Source of the DNA: an uncultured delta proteobacterium
Lineage (GTDB): Bacteria > Desulfobacterota > RBG-13-43-22
Assembly (NCBI GenBank): GCA_963711835.1
Contig: CAVQFQ010000017.1
Location: forward strand, 64,001 to 128,000
DNA length: 64,000 nt
Direction of reading: 5' to 3'
The notes below the pieces were generated by a model. The model had not been told where the DNA came from, made no database searches, and saw nothing but the letters and a program-made list of their open reading frames with translations. The translations under genes were made by a program, and so were the position numbers. This document shows, in pieces, positions 10,872 to 20,404 of this stretch (position 1 is the first letter of the stretch; each line of letters opens with the position of its first letter).

Positions 10872-12008
10872 TTATATCCCATGGAGAGGAAAAACCTCAT
10901 CCTGAATAAAAGCCACCACCCTTCGGACTTCCTGAAGGGCCTTCTCTTTGACTTCTCCTTCGGTTAAGTAGGGGTAGTCATAGAGGCTTCCCACCTCCAT
11001 CTCCGGCCCGAACATCATGCCCCCGACCAGGCCGGCGAACTCGTCTACCGGCACCAAATTATTCAAAATGGCCCAGGCCAGGGTCCAGCAGCGGGCAGTG
11101 CGGTAGAGATCGTAGCCTCCTCCTCCCAGGCCGAGCACTTTGGGACAAAGTTCCCTGATACCCCTGACTACACGCTGATACCCGTTGTTGGTCAGCCTCA
11201 GATGGGTAAGGGGGTCGGAAATCAAGGTGTCCGCCCCGAGCTCGGCCACAATAATATCCGGTCCAAAGGACCTGACCAGTGGCGGGACTACCGCATCAAA
11301 GGCAAAGGTATAGATCTCATCGTCGGTCCCCGGTTCCAAAGGCACATTGACGGTAAAGCCTTTCCCTTTCCCCTGGCCTATTTCCGTTTCACTTCCCGAC
11401 CAGGGATAGAGGGTCCTCCCGGTTTCATGAAGGGAAATAACCAGGACCCTCGGGTCTTCGTAAAAGGCCGCCTGGACGCCGTTCCCGTGATGGGCATCGC
11501 AATCGATAAAAGCAATCCTTATTCCCGGGATTTTCTTAAGGGCGTCCAATAGGGTGATAGCAATATCGTTCAGGTAACAAAAGCCTTCGACTTGGTCGGG
11601 CAGGGCATGGTGAAAGCCACCGAAGGGGTTGAAGGCAGCGTCCGCCTGCCCGGTGAGGATAGATTCCATGGCCTGATGGGTCCCGCCTGCTGCCCGTAAA
11701 GACCATTCATAGATCCCTGGAAGAATGGGGTTATCTTTTGTCCCCAAACCGAATTCCAGCATCTCGAGTTCGAACTCTCCCCGGCTGGCTTTTTCGATGG
11801 CCTGGATCAGGGCGGGTTTATGAAACAGGGTGAGAAGGTTTGGATCCAGGGGTTCAGGGTTGAGGATGGTCATCCAGGGATGATTCATGACCCCGTAACG
11901 GGTACAAAGGTCAAAGGTCTTGATAGCCCTTTCCGGCTTGAAAGGGTGGTCGTATCCAAAATCAAAATGGCCCATTTCTCCTGAATAAACAAAAATCGTC
12001 TTCATCAT
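10872..12008 (-). CDS. acuC: Zn-dependent lysine deacetylase (AcuC/HDAC family)
   Basis: HPFKPER, GGFHHA, GFCYLND, D.DAHHGNG, SLHE, GAD, GGGGY. Confidence 0.9.
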   Translation of the reverse strand: MMKTIFVYSGEMGHFDFGYDHPFKPERAIKTFDLCTRYGVMNHPWMTILNPEPLDPNLLTLFHKPALIQAIEKASRGEFELEMLEFGLGTKDNPILPGIYEWSLRAAGGTHQAMESILTGQADAAFNPFGGFHHALPDQVEGFCYLNDIAITLLDALKKIPGIRIAFIDCDAHHGNGVQAAFYEDPRVLVISLHETGRTLYPWSGSETEIGQGKGKGFTVNVPLEPGTDDEIYTFAFDAVVPPLVRSFGPDIIVAELGADTLISDPLTHLRLTNNGYQRVVRGIRELCPKVLGLGGGGYDLYRTARCWTLAWAILNNLVPVDEFAGLVGGMMFGPEMEVGSLYDYPYLTEGEVKEKALQEVRRVVAFIQDEVFPLHGI

Positions 12009-12019
12009 GACCTCGTCGG

Positions 12020-12385
12020 TTAGCCGATCGTTTCCTTGATCACAGCCAGGAGTTTTTGCGGCGATATCGGCTTGGATAAAAAAAGACTGGCTCCCACCTC
12101 AAGCCCTCGTTTTATGTCCTCTTCCTGGTTTTTGGCGGTCAAAAACAAGATCGGCTTATCTCGGTAGCGGTCTTTCTTTCGGATCAGCGTGCAAAGCTCG
12201 AATCCATCCATTTCTGGCATAACGATATCGAGGATCAATAGATCGAAATTTTCCTGGTCGAGTTTTTCAAGGGCCGCGGAACCCCTGGAAAAGGTATCGA
12301 CCTCATACTTTTCAGACCTGAGCAGCTCCCTCAGGGCTATAAGGACCAACTCATCATCATCAACAATAAGGACACGTCTGGCCAT
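12020..12385 (-). CDS. Single-domain response regulator
   Basis: VDDD, LDIVMPEMDG, LTA, KP. Confidence 0.92.
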   Translation of the reverse strand: MARRVLIVDDDELVLIALRELLRSEKYEVDTFSRGSAALEKLDQENFDLLILDIVMPEMDGFELCTLIRKKDRYRDKPILFLTAKNQEEDIKRGLEVGASLFLSKPISPQKLLAVIKETIG

Positions 12386-12419
12386 TTCCTTACTCCTTAT
12401 TCTCTTAAAATAGATCGCA

Positions 12420-14837
12420 TTAGGGGGTAGACTTTTTTATTTTGAGATCACGGCCGGCCAGGGGAAGGAGTATTTTGACCTCGGTCCCGACACCGACCTG
12501 ACTCGTGATTCCCAGCCGTCCGCCATGGGCCTCTACGATACCAAAGCAAAGAGAAAGTCCCAAACCGGTGCCTCGGCCTACTTGTTTGGTGGTAAAGAAG
12601 GGCTCCAGGACCTTAGTTAGAATTTCCTCAGGGATTCCCTCTCCGGTATCCTTCAGGGAAACAGCCACCGTCGGGGATTCAACCTCATCACTAAGATAGG
12701 AATGAATGGTCAATTCCTTCGGCCCGGACACCGTCTCCAGGGCGTCTTTGGCATTGGAAATCAGGTTGAGAAAGACCTGTTCGAGCTGATTGGAATCACC
12801 TCGAATCTTCGGCAGGCCTTCTGATAATTTCTTGGTGATGGTTATATTGTGGTTAAGGAGCTGTTGCCCGGTAAGCATTAAGGCATTTTCAATAGGTTGA
12901 TTGATATCGAGCTCCTGAAAAACGGATTCGGTCTGTCTGGAAAATTCCCTGAGGTGATTAACGATCTTCTCGATCCGGTCATTGCAGCGGCCTATGAGTT
13001 CCAGCCGTTCCCGGTTGGGACAGTCCTTATGGAGGTTGTTCAGGATCACATGGAAGATCGTCTGAGAGGCCATCAGGGGGTTATTCAGTTCGTGGGCCAC
13101 CCCGGCCACCAATTCTCCGAGGGCCCTCATTTTGGAAGCCTCGACCAGATAGAACTGGGTCTCTTTAAGCTTGGCCTCCAGGCGTTTTTGTTCGGTAATG
13201 TTTTTAAATATCCCGGCAGTACCGATCACCAGGCCCTCTTCATCGCGGAGCAGAAAGTTTGAGGTTAAAATGGTCAGGACCTGACCGCTTTTGCTCTTTA
13301 CCTGCATCTCATAATTTTCAATTCTCCCATCGGCACCGAGGAGGTTCATGATATCCCAAGCTTCCTGGATGCCCCGGACGTAAACAATTGAGATATGGTT
13401 TCCAAAAAGTTCTTCTCTCCGGTATTCCAGCATCTCCAGCATGGCCTGATTGGCATAGGTGATTTTTCCCTTGAGATCGGTAGTTACGATGCCGTCAACC
13501 GAACTCTCCATAATATTTTCCAGAAATTCCTTGGTTTCCCGGAGCTCTTTCTCCAGGGTTTTCCGCTGGGTGATATTACGAACAATTTCAACAAATCCCC
13601 TAACCTCTCCTGAAGGGTCAACAATTTCGGTAACGGAAGAATGGGCCGGAAAGCGGTGGCCGTTTTTCTGAACCCGATCCATCTCCTGTTCGCTCAATCC
13701 TTCGAATTTGCTCTGTTTTAGGAAGGCGTTCTCATGCCCATCTCTGGGCACCTCCGGGGGAAGGGTAATGGAAATCTTTTGCTTGTTGAGGACCTCCTCC
13801 TTTTTCCAATCGAAGATTCTCTCAGCCCCTTTGTTGAACTCGATGATGGTCCCATCGACGTCCATGGCAATAATGGCGTATTGGGTAGCGCTCTCTAAAA
13901 TGCTGTTTAAGAAATGGGAAAGATTCCGGTATTTCTCTCTTGAATCCCTCAGATCCCGGGTCCTGGCCTCAATCAATTTTTCCAGATTCTCGGTGTTGCT
14001 CTGGATTTGGGCTGCCATCCGATTGAACGAATCTCCCAGGATACCAATCTCGTCCGAACCCAAGATGGTGACCCTCTGGGCAAGATCTCCCGCCGCCATC
14101 AGGGTAGTTACCTCGGTTAGATCCAGAATCGGCTTCGTCAGAACCCTGGAAAGGATGATGGTCAGTCCGAAGGCTATGACCAGGATGACCACAACCACCA
14201 CGGCGATAACCCGTTCGGTTTCATAAAGGGAATGATAGATTTCATCTTCATAGGCCCCAGCCGCAATGACCCAGTCCCACGGTTTGAAATAGATATACTT
14301 CGTCAATTTCTGTCTCGGCTTGGTTTCTCCTAATTCAGGATTCATCCAGGGATAACGGATAGTTCCCACCTTGCCGTCCCCCAAGACCAGGGCCTCTTTG
14401 ATCATGGCCCGTATGTATTTAAAACCGCTTGAATCCGTTGAATCAAGGATATTCTCTTTTTCTTTGGCCGGATGGATCTGGAGGAGGCCGCGGGTGTCTA
14501 TAACGTAACTATAACCGGTACTGCCTACTTTAATTTGGGCCAGGGCATCTTTTAGGGTCCTAAGGCTTCTTTCCTGGGTCAGGTTGGCACCTGTCTTGGT
14601 TTGAATCATTTCCTGCTGGGCCTTGCTCATGGAATAAAGATTCCTAACTAGATGTTCCAGATCCTCTTCGTAGGCTTTTTTTAGGGCGTCATTGAACCGG
14701 GCCATGCCGAAGGAGACCACCACCAGAAGAGGCAGCAAGACCAGGAAAAGGGTGGTGCTGATGAGTTTTCCCCGGATCTTCCAGCCCCGAAAGGGAAGGG
14801 CAAACTTACTGAAGCTTTTTGGATGGATGTGATTCAT
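12420..14837 (-). CDS. Membrane histidine kinase (Cache-HAMP-PAS-PAS-HisKA-HATPase)
   Basis: Two TM helices flanking a Cache-like region (GY.YVID...HP, WDWVIAAG); DEIG.L...FNRM HAMP; AHELNNPL. Confidence 0.9.
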   Translation of the reverse strand: MNHIHPKSFSKFALPFRGWKIRGKLISTTLFLVLLPLLVVVSFGMARFNDALKKAYEEDLEHLVRNLYSMSKAQQEMIQTKTGANLTQERSLRTLKDALAQIKVGSTGYSYVIDTRGLLQIHPAKEKENILDSTDSSGFKYIRAMIKEALVLGDGKVGTIRYPWMNPELGETKPRQKLTKYIYFKPWDWVIAAGAYEDEIYHSLYETERVIAVVVVVILVIAFGLTIILSRVLTKPILDLTEVTTLMAAGDLAQRVTILGSDEIGILGDSFNRMAAQIQSNTENLEKLIEARTRDLRDSREKYRNLSHFLNSILESATQYAIIAMDVDGTIIEFNKGAERIFDWKKEEVLNKQKISITLPPEVPRDGHENAFLKQSKFEGLSEQEMDRVQKNGHRFPAHSSVTEIVDPSGEVRGFVEIVRNITQRKTLEKELRETKEFLENIMESSVDGIVTTDLKGKITYANQAMLEMLEYRREELFGNHISIVYVRGIQEAWDIMNLLGADGRIENYEMQVKSKSGQVLTILTSNFLLRDEEGLVIGTAGIFKNITEQKRLEAKLKETQFYLVEASKMRALGELVAGVAHELNNPLMASQTIFHVILNNLHKDCPNRERLELIGRCNDRIEKIVNHLREFSRQTESVFQELDINQPIENALMLTGQQLLNHNITITKKLSEGLPKIRGDSNQLEQVFLNLISNAKDALETVSGPKELTIHSYLSDEVESPTVAVSLKDTGEGIPEEILTKVLEPFFTTKQVGRGTGLGLSLCFGIVEAHGGRLGITSQVGVGTEVKILLPLAGRDLKIKKSTP

Positions 14838-14954
14838 TAGCCGATACCCTTCTCGAGGTGTCTGCCTGGCGGTATCCCTATGAGTAAAAATTTACCTTCT
14901 GATGGGAGGATTATATAGTAGGCCGAGAAATCGGGGCAAGAGAATTGCGACGGA

Positions 14955-15419
14955 TTATTCCGACGCTCTGGGTTGATGGACGGTTAGAACAGTGCAGCTG
15001 GCCCGGCGAACCACTTTTTCGGCTGTGCTTCCCAGGAAAAAGTGGGCCAAACCGGTAAAGCCATGGGTCCCCATCACCACCAAGTCTACCTTTTCCTGGT
15101 CGATAAAATTTAAAATCTCACTGGCCGGATGACCGGACAGCACCCGGATGTCAAAATTACTGTAAGTCCCCATCTGTTGAACATAGGTTTTTTCTATCTG
15201 TTCCAGGGAACGCTGGGTGACGTCCTCTTGAAATTGGAAGTTGGCTTGTTCGGAAATAAAGTCTTCCATAACGGGCGAGGGAAAAACCAGAGGGGGAACC
15301 ACATGGATCAGAAAAAGGGTGGCCTCGTATTTTTTCGCCAAATCAAAGGCCAGATCAAAAGCCTGGTTGGCGTTTTCGGAAAAATCAGTACACAAGGCGA
15401 TTTTTTTAATCGTCGGCAT
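14955..15419 (-). CDS. Universal stress protein
   Basis: TDFSENA, LVVMGTHG...LGSTAEKVVR.A.C.VLTV. Confidence 0.92.
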   Translation of the reverse strand: MPTIKKIALCTDFSENANQAFDLAFDLAKKYEATLFLIHVVPPLVFPSPVMEDFISEQANFQFQEDVTQRSLEQIEKTYVQQMGTYSNFDIRVLSGHPASEILNFIDQEKVDLVVMGTHGFTGLAHFFLGSTAEKVVRRASCTVLTVHQPRASE

Positions 15420-15519
15420 AACACACCTCTTGAATGGTTTGGATGCCCTGCTGGTAAGGGTATTCTACCGCTTATTCAAAGCCTGTCAACTGATTATTAA
15501 AACAGTGTTTAAGAAAAGG

Positions 15520-15684
15520 GGTCTGCTCTCGACTCTTAGTCATTTCAAAACCGAGCAGGGTCATCCTCGGATTCTGCTCCGACACTATTTTAAAACGCAG
15601 GTGGCCGCCACAGAAACGGCGCACTAATTCGGTTACCTCTTTGCAGACGTGCTCTATCTCCACGGGTGGCACAGGGGGAAAGAC
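15520..15684 (-). pseudogene. Diverged duplicate of the B3/B4 gene 3' end
   Basis: PPVPPVEIE...ELVRRFCGGHLRF..VSEQNPRMTLLGFEMTKS.EQT matches the C-terminus of 3..758; DNA is nearly identical over the first ~60 nt. Confidence 0.85.
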
Positions 15685-15806
15685 CTTCCCCTCGAGGGGA
15701 AGGTTTGGGCTGCCCCGACGGGGATTGGGGGGAGAGGTGAGACCAATGGCGCTGGAGAAGGAGGTTGCCGTTACCTGACAACCCATTTATTTCATTAACG
15801 AAACCG

Positions 15807-15882
<76 letters not shown>

Positions 15883-15944
15883 ACGGGAATCACTTTAAAG
15901 ATTATAGAGAATTTGTCAAGGATAAATTCCCGAAACGATAGAGT

Positions 15945-16316
15945 TCATGTACCCTTCTCGAGGGTTGGCCCGGGATCGTCTTTTTCCATGGACAGGCCCG
16001 GGGATTTTTCTCCTTTCCGGGGACCCGATTTTACCGCCGGCGGGCCTTCCGAATCAAATTCCCGGGTCAGATCTATTTCCGGCCATTCCTCTACGGTTGG
16101 GGCCGGGCGCTTGACCAGGGTCTTTTCTTTTTCCCGCGCCGGTTCCTCGTTGGCCTGGGTCGCAGACATCCGCTCCATGACCGCCAATAGGGAGATCGGA
16201 TTCGCAGGGGTGTTCAATAGATTTAAGTGCATTTTTTCCCGGCTTAAATCGGCCCGGCATTTCTGGCATTGATCCAGATGATCAAAGCTGATGTACCCGC
16301 ATTTAGGGCAGCGCAT
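15945..16316 (-). CDS. Small zinc-ribbon protein
   Basis: MRCPKCGYISFDHLDQCQKC; AGGAGG RBS; overlaps the rsmE stop. Confidence 0.75.
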   Translation of the reverse strand: MRCPKCGYISFDHLDQCQKCRADLSREKMHLNLLNTPANPISLLAVMERMSATQANEEPAREKEKTLVKRPAPTVEEWPEIDLTREFDSEGPPAVKSGPRKGEKSPGLSMEKDDPGPTLEKGT

Positions 16317-17073
16317 GGATCCCTCCTTTTTGTTTTGATCCCATATCCCCCCAAAGAAACTGGAGCAGGCAGATGATGGCCAGGGCCGCTGTTTCGGAAC
16401 GCAGGATCCTGGGGCCAAGGGAAAAGGGGATAAAGCCCTTTTCCTCTGCCAGGGCCATTTCTTCCTGCTCAAAACCGCCTTCCGGCCCGACCAGGGCCAG
16501 AAGTTCTCCGGCCAGAGGGAAAGGGAGTTCCAATCCCGTGAGGGTCCTGGAGGATTCTCCCTCATAAGGAATGATCCCCGTGGTTCCCTTCCCTTGTTCC
16601 ATCATCTGCTCAAAGGAAACCGGGTCCAGAAGCCGCGGCAGCCTATTTCGTCCGCATTGTTTGCCCGCCTCACGGATGATTTTTTCCCAGCGCCCCTTCC
16701 GGGAATCCCGGTCCATCTTTTGAAAATTGCGGCGGCTGCGGGCCGAATAATACGGAAGAAAATGGATGACCCCCAACTCCGTCCCTTTTTGCAGTACCCA
16801 TTCCAGGGCCTGGGAACGGATCAGGGGCAGGCCCAGGGTCAACAGCAGGGGTGATTCCCTTGTGACATACTGCCGATCCATTATTTCCACAAATACCCGG
16901 GATCCCTTGAGGGCGGAAATTCGGGTCCGGTATTCATAACCGCTGTTGTCAAAAAGAACCACCTCCTGCCCAACCGCCATCCGGAGCACCTGAAGAATAT
17001 GCTTGGCCTCGTCGCCGGTTAAACAGGGCTCGGGGAGAAGAAGCTGCTCGGGAGTAATAAAAAAGCGACGCAT
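16303..17073 (-). CDS. rsmE: 16S rRNA m3U1498 methyltransferase
   Basis: MRRFF, QKGTELGV, VGPEGGF, LGPRILRSETA. Confidence 0.95.
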   Translation of the reverse strand: MRRFFITPEQLLLPEPCLTGDEAKHILQVLRMAVGQEVVLFDNSGYEYRTRISALKGSRVFVEIMDRQYVTRESPLLLTLGLPLIRSQALEWVLQKGTELGVIHFLPYYSARSRRNFQKMDRDSRKGRWEKIIREAGKQCGRNRLPRLLDPVSFEQMMEQGKGTTGIIPYEGESSRTLTGLELPFPLAGELLALVGPEGGFEQEEMALAEEKGFIPFSLGPRILRSETAALAIICLLQFLWGDMGSKQKGGIHALP

Positions 17074-17087
17074 TGATCTGGGTCCGG

Positions 17088-17999
17088 TCAGGGAAGAAAG
17101 CCAAACAAGGCACAAGCCCATTCCTCTTCCAGGAAGAGACAATGAAAAGGTATCTTTTCGCGGGCCATGGCCTTGATCACCGACCGGGCCTGGGAGTCCA
17201 AAAACCCCGAGACAATTAAAAACCCTTTCGGGCTCAACAACCTTTTCAGGACTGCTGCCAGGCGGATCAAATCAGGGCCTGTCAGGTTGGCCAGGATCAA
17301 TGAAAAGGAACCGGTCAGGGTTTCGGGTGAAGCCTCCTCCACCTGAATGATCCGGTCCAAGCCGTTTAGAAGAGCATGGGCCCTGGCGGACTCAACCGCC
17401 AGCGGGTCGTTATCAATAGCTAGGACCGATTCGGCCCCTAGGATGGCCGCTGCCAAAGCCAGGATGCCGGTGCCTGTCCCGATATCCAGGACCCGGTCAA
17501 AGATTCGGCCTCCGGCCTTGGCCTCTTCGGCCAGCCTGTCCAGGCCTTTCAGGCACAGCCGGGTGGACACATGACCGCCGGTCCCGAAGGCTTGGCCGGG
17601 GTCCAAGCGGATAACGTGTTCTCCCTCCCGGGTTTGAACCGATTCCCAGGCGGGAATAACCGTAAGGTTTGAACAAACCCGGATGGGTTTAAAAAAACGC
17701 TTCCAATTTTCCTGCCAATTTTCTTCCGGAACCAGACACAGGTCCCAAAGGGCCGGCCGGGCTTCCGGAAAAAATTCCTTCAGGGCGGCGACCCTTCTCT
17801 TTAAGCGGATCAGTTTCTCCCGGAAACCTTCCTCCTTGAGTAAATAGGCTTTAAGGGAAAAAGGTCCTTCCTCTCCTTCCGGGGGCTCGAGGTGATGAGA
17901 CCCTTGGCCGGTCTCTTCAAAAATCAGGGAACTGCAGGCCTCCAGCAGTTCAGGAGAAACCGTTAAGGTGATCTCAAGCCAGCAACGTGGGGTTTTCAT
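17088..17999 (-). CDS. prmA: Ribosomal protein L11 methyltransferase
   Basis: W...WKRFFKP, LDPGQAFGTG.H.ST, VLDIGTGTGILA. Confidence 0.93.
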   Translation of the reverse strand: MKTPRCWLEITLTVSPELLEACSSLIFEETGQGSHHLEPPEGEEGPFSLKAYLLKEEGFREKLIRLKRRVAALKEFFPEARPALWDLCLVPEENWQENWKRFFKPIRVCSNLTVIPAWESVQTREGEHVIRLDPGQAFGTGGHVSTRLCLKGLDRLAEEAKAGGRIFDRVLDIGTGTGILALAAAILGAESVLAIDNDPLAVESARAHALLNGLDRIIQVEEASPETLTGSFSLILANLTGPDLIRLAAVLKRLLSPKGFLIVSGFLDSQARSVIKAMAREKIPFHCLFLEEEWACALFGFLP

Positions 18000-18127
18000 A
18001 CCGTCGATCCGATTGACAGCCAAAGGGTTGTCTTGTATTCTAAAAAAAAGGGGCCTTAAAAGCAATCCAATTTGTACCCAGCCATCGAAGGACCCGGGGA
18101 TTATCCGGCTCCTCCGGGAAGGAAGCC

Positions 18128-18877
18128 ATGAATCAGGAACAGCTCAAGAAACTGTTGCACCAGGTCAAAGATAACCGGCTGACGGTCGAAGCGGCTTTAG
18201 TCCGCCTGAAGCACCTGCCCTTTGAAGACCTGGATTTTGCCCGGATCGACCATCACCGTTCTCTGCGGAAGGGTTTCCCCGAAGTCATTTTCGGGGAAGG
18301 AAAGACGTCCCCCCAGATCATCGAGATCATGAAAAAAATGCAGGGCAATGGGGACAATATTTTGGTCACCCGCCTGGACTCCAAAAAAGCCGCCGCCATA
18401 AAAAAAAGATGGCCCAAGGCTGCCCATTATCCTCTTTCAAGGGTCCTGACCCTGACCGCAACGCCCCTTGTTCCAAAGGGCCGGGGTACGGTCTTGATTA
18501 TCTCAGCCGGGACTTCGGACATCCCGATAGCGGAAGAGGCCCTGCTCACAGCCCAAATCATGGGCAATCCGGTAGACTATCTTTATGATGTGGGGATATC
18601 CGGATTGCATCGCCTGATGTCGAACCAGGAGAAAATCTTTTCGGCTTCGGTGCTCATCGTCGTGGCCGGCATGGAGGGGGCTCTGCCCAGTGTAGTCGGC
18701 GGGTTGGTGGACCGGCCGGTCATTGCCGTGCCTACCAGCATAGGCTATGGGGCCAGCTTCAACGGCCTGGCCGCCCTCCTGGCCATGTTGAACTCCTGCG
18801 CTTCCGGAGTGGCCGTCGTCAACATCGACAACGGATTCGGGGCCGGGTATCTGGCCACGCTGATCAACCGGGAGTAA
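18128..18877 (+). CDS. larB: Nickel-pincer cofactor biosynthesis carboxylase LarB (PurE-like)
   Basis: D..R..RKGFPEV, AGTSD, AGMEGALPSVV, VNIDNGFGA. Confidence 0.92.
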   Translation: MNQEQLKKLLHQVKDNRLTVEAALVRLKHLPFEDLDFARIDHHRSLRKGFPEVIFGEGKTSPQIIEIMKKMQGNGDNILVTRLDSKKAAAIKKRWPKAAHYPLSRVLTLTATPLVPKGRGTVLIISAGTSDIPIAEEALLTAQIMGNPVDYLYDVGISGLHRLMSNQEKIFSASVLIVVAGMEGALPSVVGGLVDRPVIAVPTSIGYGASFNGLAALLAMLNSCASGVAVVNIDNGFGAGYLATLINRE

Positions 18878-18973
18878 TGCGGATGCTGGATACTGGATTA
18901 GCGCCTAAAGTGAATAAGATGACAGGCGTCCTGTTCCGGTTTTATCAAGAATCCAGAAACCAGTATCGGACGT

Positions 18974-20314
18974 TCATCGGACCAGGTCCTTCAGGTGCTG
19001 GACGGTTTCCCAGGAAAAAGGAGACAAACAGGGGAAGAGGGAATTATTGTGATAAAGCGGTTCTTCCTGCAGGGGAAAACGCGAATGCCGGCAGGCTTCA
19101 GGCCAGAGAAGGGTCTGGGGTATGGGGGAATACTCCGCCAGACGGGGCCGGATCCCCAGAGCCCGGACCTCCCGGATGGACTGTTCGATCTCCCCCAGGG
19201 TCTGGCCGGGAAGACCGGCCAGGAGATAAACTTCGATCCGCTTTTTTTCAAACCCGGCTTTTTCCAAAACCCTTAAGGCCCTTTCCCAATCCCCTGACAC
19301 CAACTTTCCGCCCCAGGAACGATGTCGATTCCAATCGGTGGTTTCCAGGCCCATTCGCAAGGTCCTGAATCCGGCTCGAAAAAGCAGCCGGGCCCTGCTT
19401 TCATTTAGTTCCCGGATATGCAAGGCATTGGGGGTGTGAAAACGAAGGTCCAATCCCCGTTTGAGCAAGCCTTCCAATATGGGCCCCAGGTGTCTCTCAA
19501 ACCCGATCAGCAGGGCATCGTCATAGAAAACAAAATCCCTGACGGCCCGGCTCCGAACCCAATAAAGGATTTCATCGACCACCCCGTCAGGCGAACGCTG
19601 CCGGAAACCCGGCTGCAGGACCTGGGAGGCACAATAGGGACAGGAAAAAGGGCAGCCCCTTGATGTCAAAAGGCAAATATAAGGCAAGGTCCGGTAGAGA
19701 TCAAAGGCCGGCAGGGGAAAGCTGTCCAGGTCATCCACCTCAGGCACCCGGGTGGGGGATCGCCCGGTAAGGGAGGCCAGTAAATTTAAAATTGCCCCTT
19801 CCCCCGCTCCGGTGATAATATAGTCTGCTCCCATCTGGTTCCGGGCCTGATCCGGCATCAAGGTGGCAAAAAGACCGCCGAGGATGACCGGAGTTGCCGG
19901 AAAGATTTTTTTTAGGATGGAGATGGTTTCCTTCAGTCCGGGGTACCAATAGGTCATTAAGGAAGTGACCAGGAAGGCCTGCGGTTGGGGAAGGGCCTTG
20001 AGGGCCTTCAGAAAAAGATCGGTCGGGATTCCGTAGCGAAAATAATGGTAAGGGATTTTTCCCAGGGCCGCCGGCTTGGGCAGACCTTGCCGGAAATACT
20101 TCCCCGTCCCAAAAGCCTTGCGGATCGGGGCTGAGGTCAGGGCTTCGGCTCCCTTGAAATGAACATCCAGACAGTCCAGCAGATGGACCTGAAAGCCGTT
20201 GGCCCTCAGGGTGCCGGCCAGGTAAAGCAATCCTAAAGGCTTGGCCCAAAGATCAAAGGCCGAGAAGTCCCAGATATAGGGATTGATCAAACAAATATGA
20301 GGACCCGGGGTCAT
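18974..20314 (-). CDS. B12-binding radical SAM protein
   Basis: PLGLLYLAG N-terminal domain; SRGCPFSCPYC. Confidence 0.88.
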   Translation of the reverse strand: MTPGPHICLINPYIWDFSAFDLWAKPLGLLYLAGTLRANGFQVHLLDCLDVHFKGAEALTSAPIRKAFGTGKYFRQGLPKPAALGKIPYHYFRYGIPTDLFLKALKALPQPQAFLVTSLMTYWYPGLKETISILKKIFPATPVILGGLFATLMPDQARNQMGADYIITGAGEGAILNLLASLTGRSPTRVPEVDDLDSFPLPAFDLYRTLPYICLLTSRGCPFSCPYCASQVLQPGFRQRSPDGVVDEILYWVRSRAVRDFVFYDDALLIGFERHLGPILEGLLKRGLDLRFHTPNALHIRELNESRARLLFRAGFRTLRMGLETTDWNRHRSWGGKLVSGDWERALRVLEKAGFEKKRIEVYLLAGLPGQTLGEIEQSIREVRALGIRPRLAEYSPIPQTLLWPEACRHSRFPLQEEPLYHNNSLFPCLSPFSWETVQHLKDLVR

Positions 20315-20404
20315 ACTGATAAAGGCCTTTTTTAAAGCCGCTTCTTTTAAAGGGCAGGGCGAGGAAAAACCTATTCCAATAATGAGCGCATAGTACTCGA
20401 ACCC

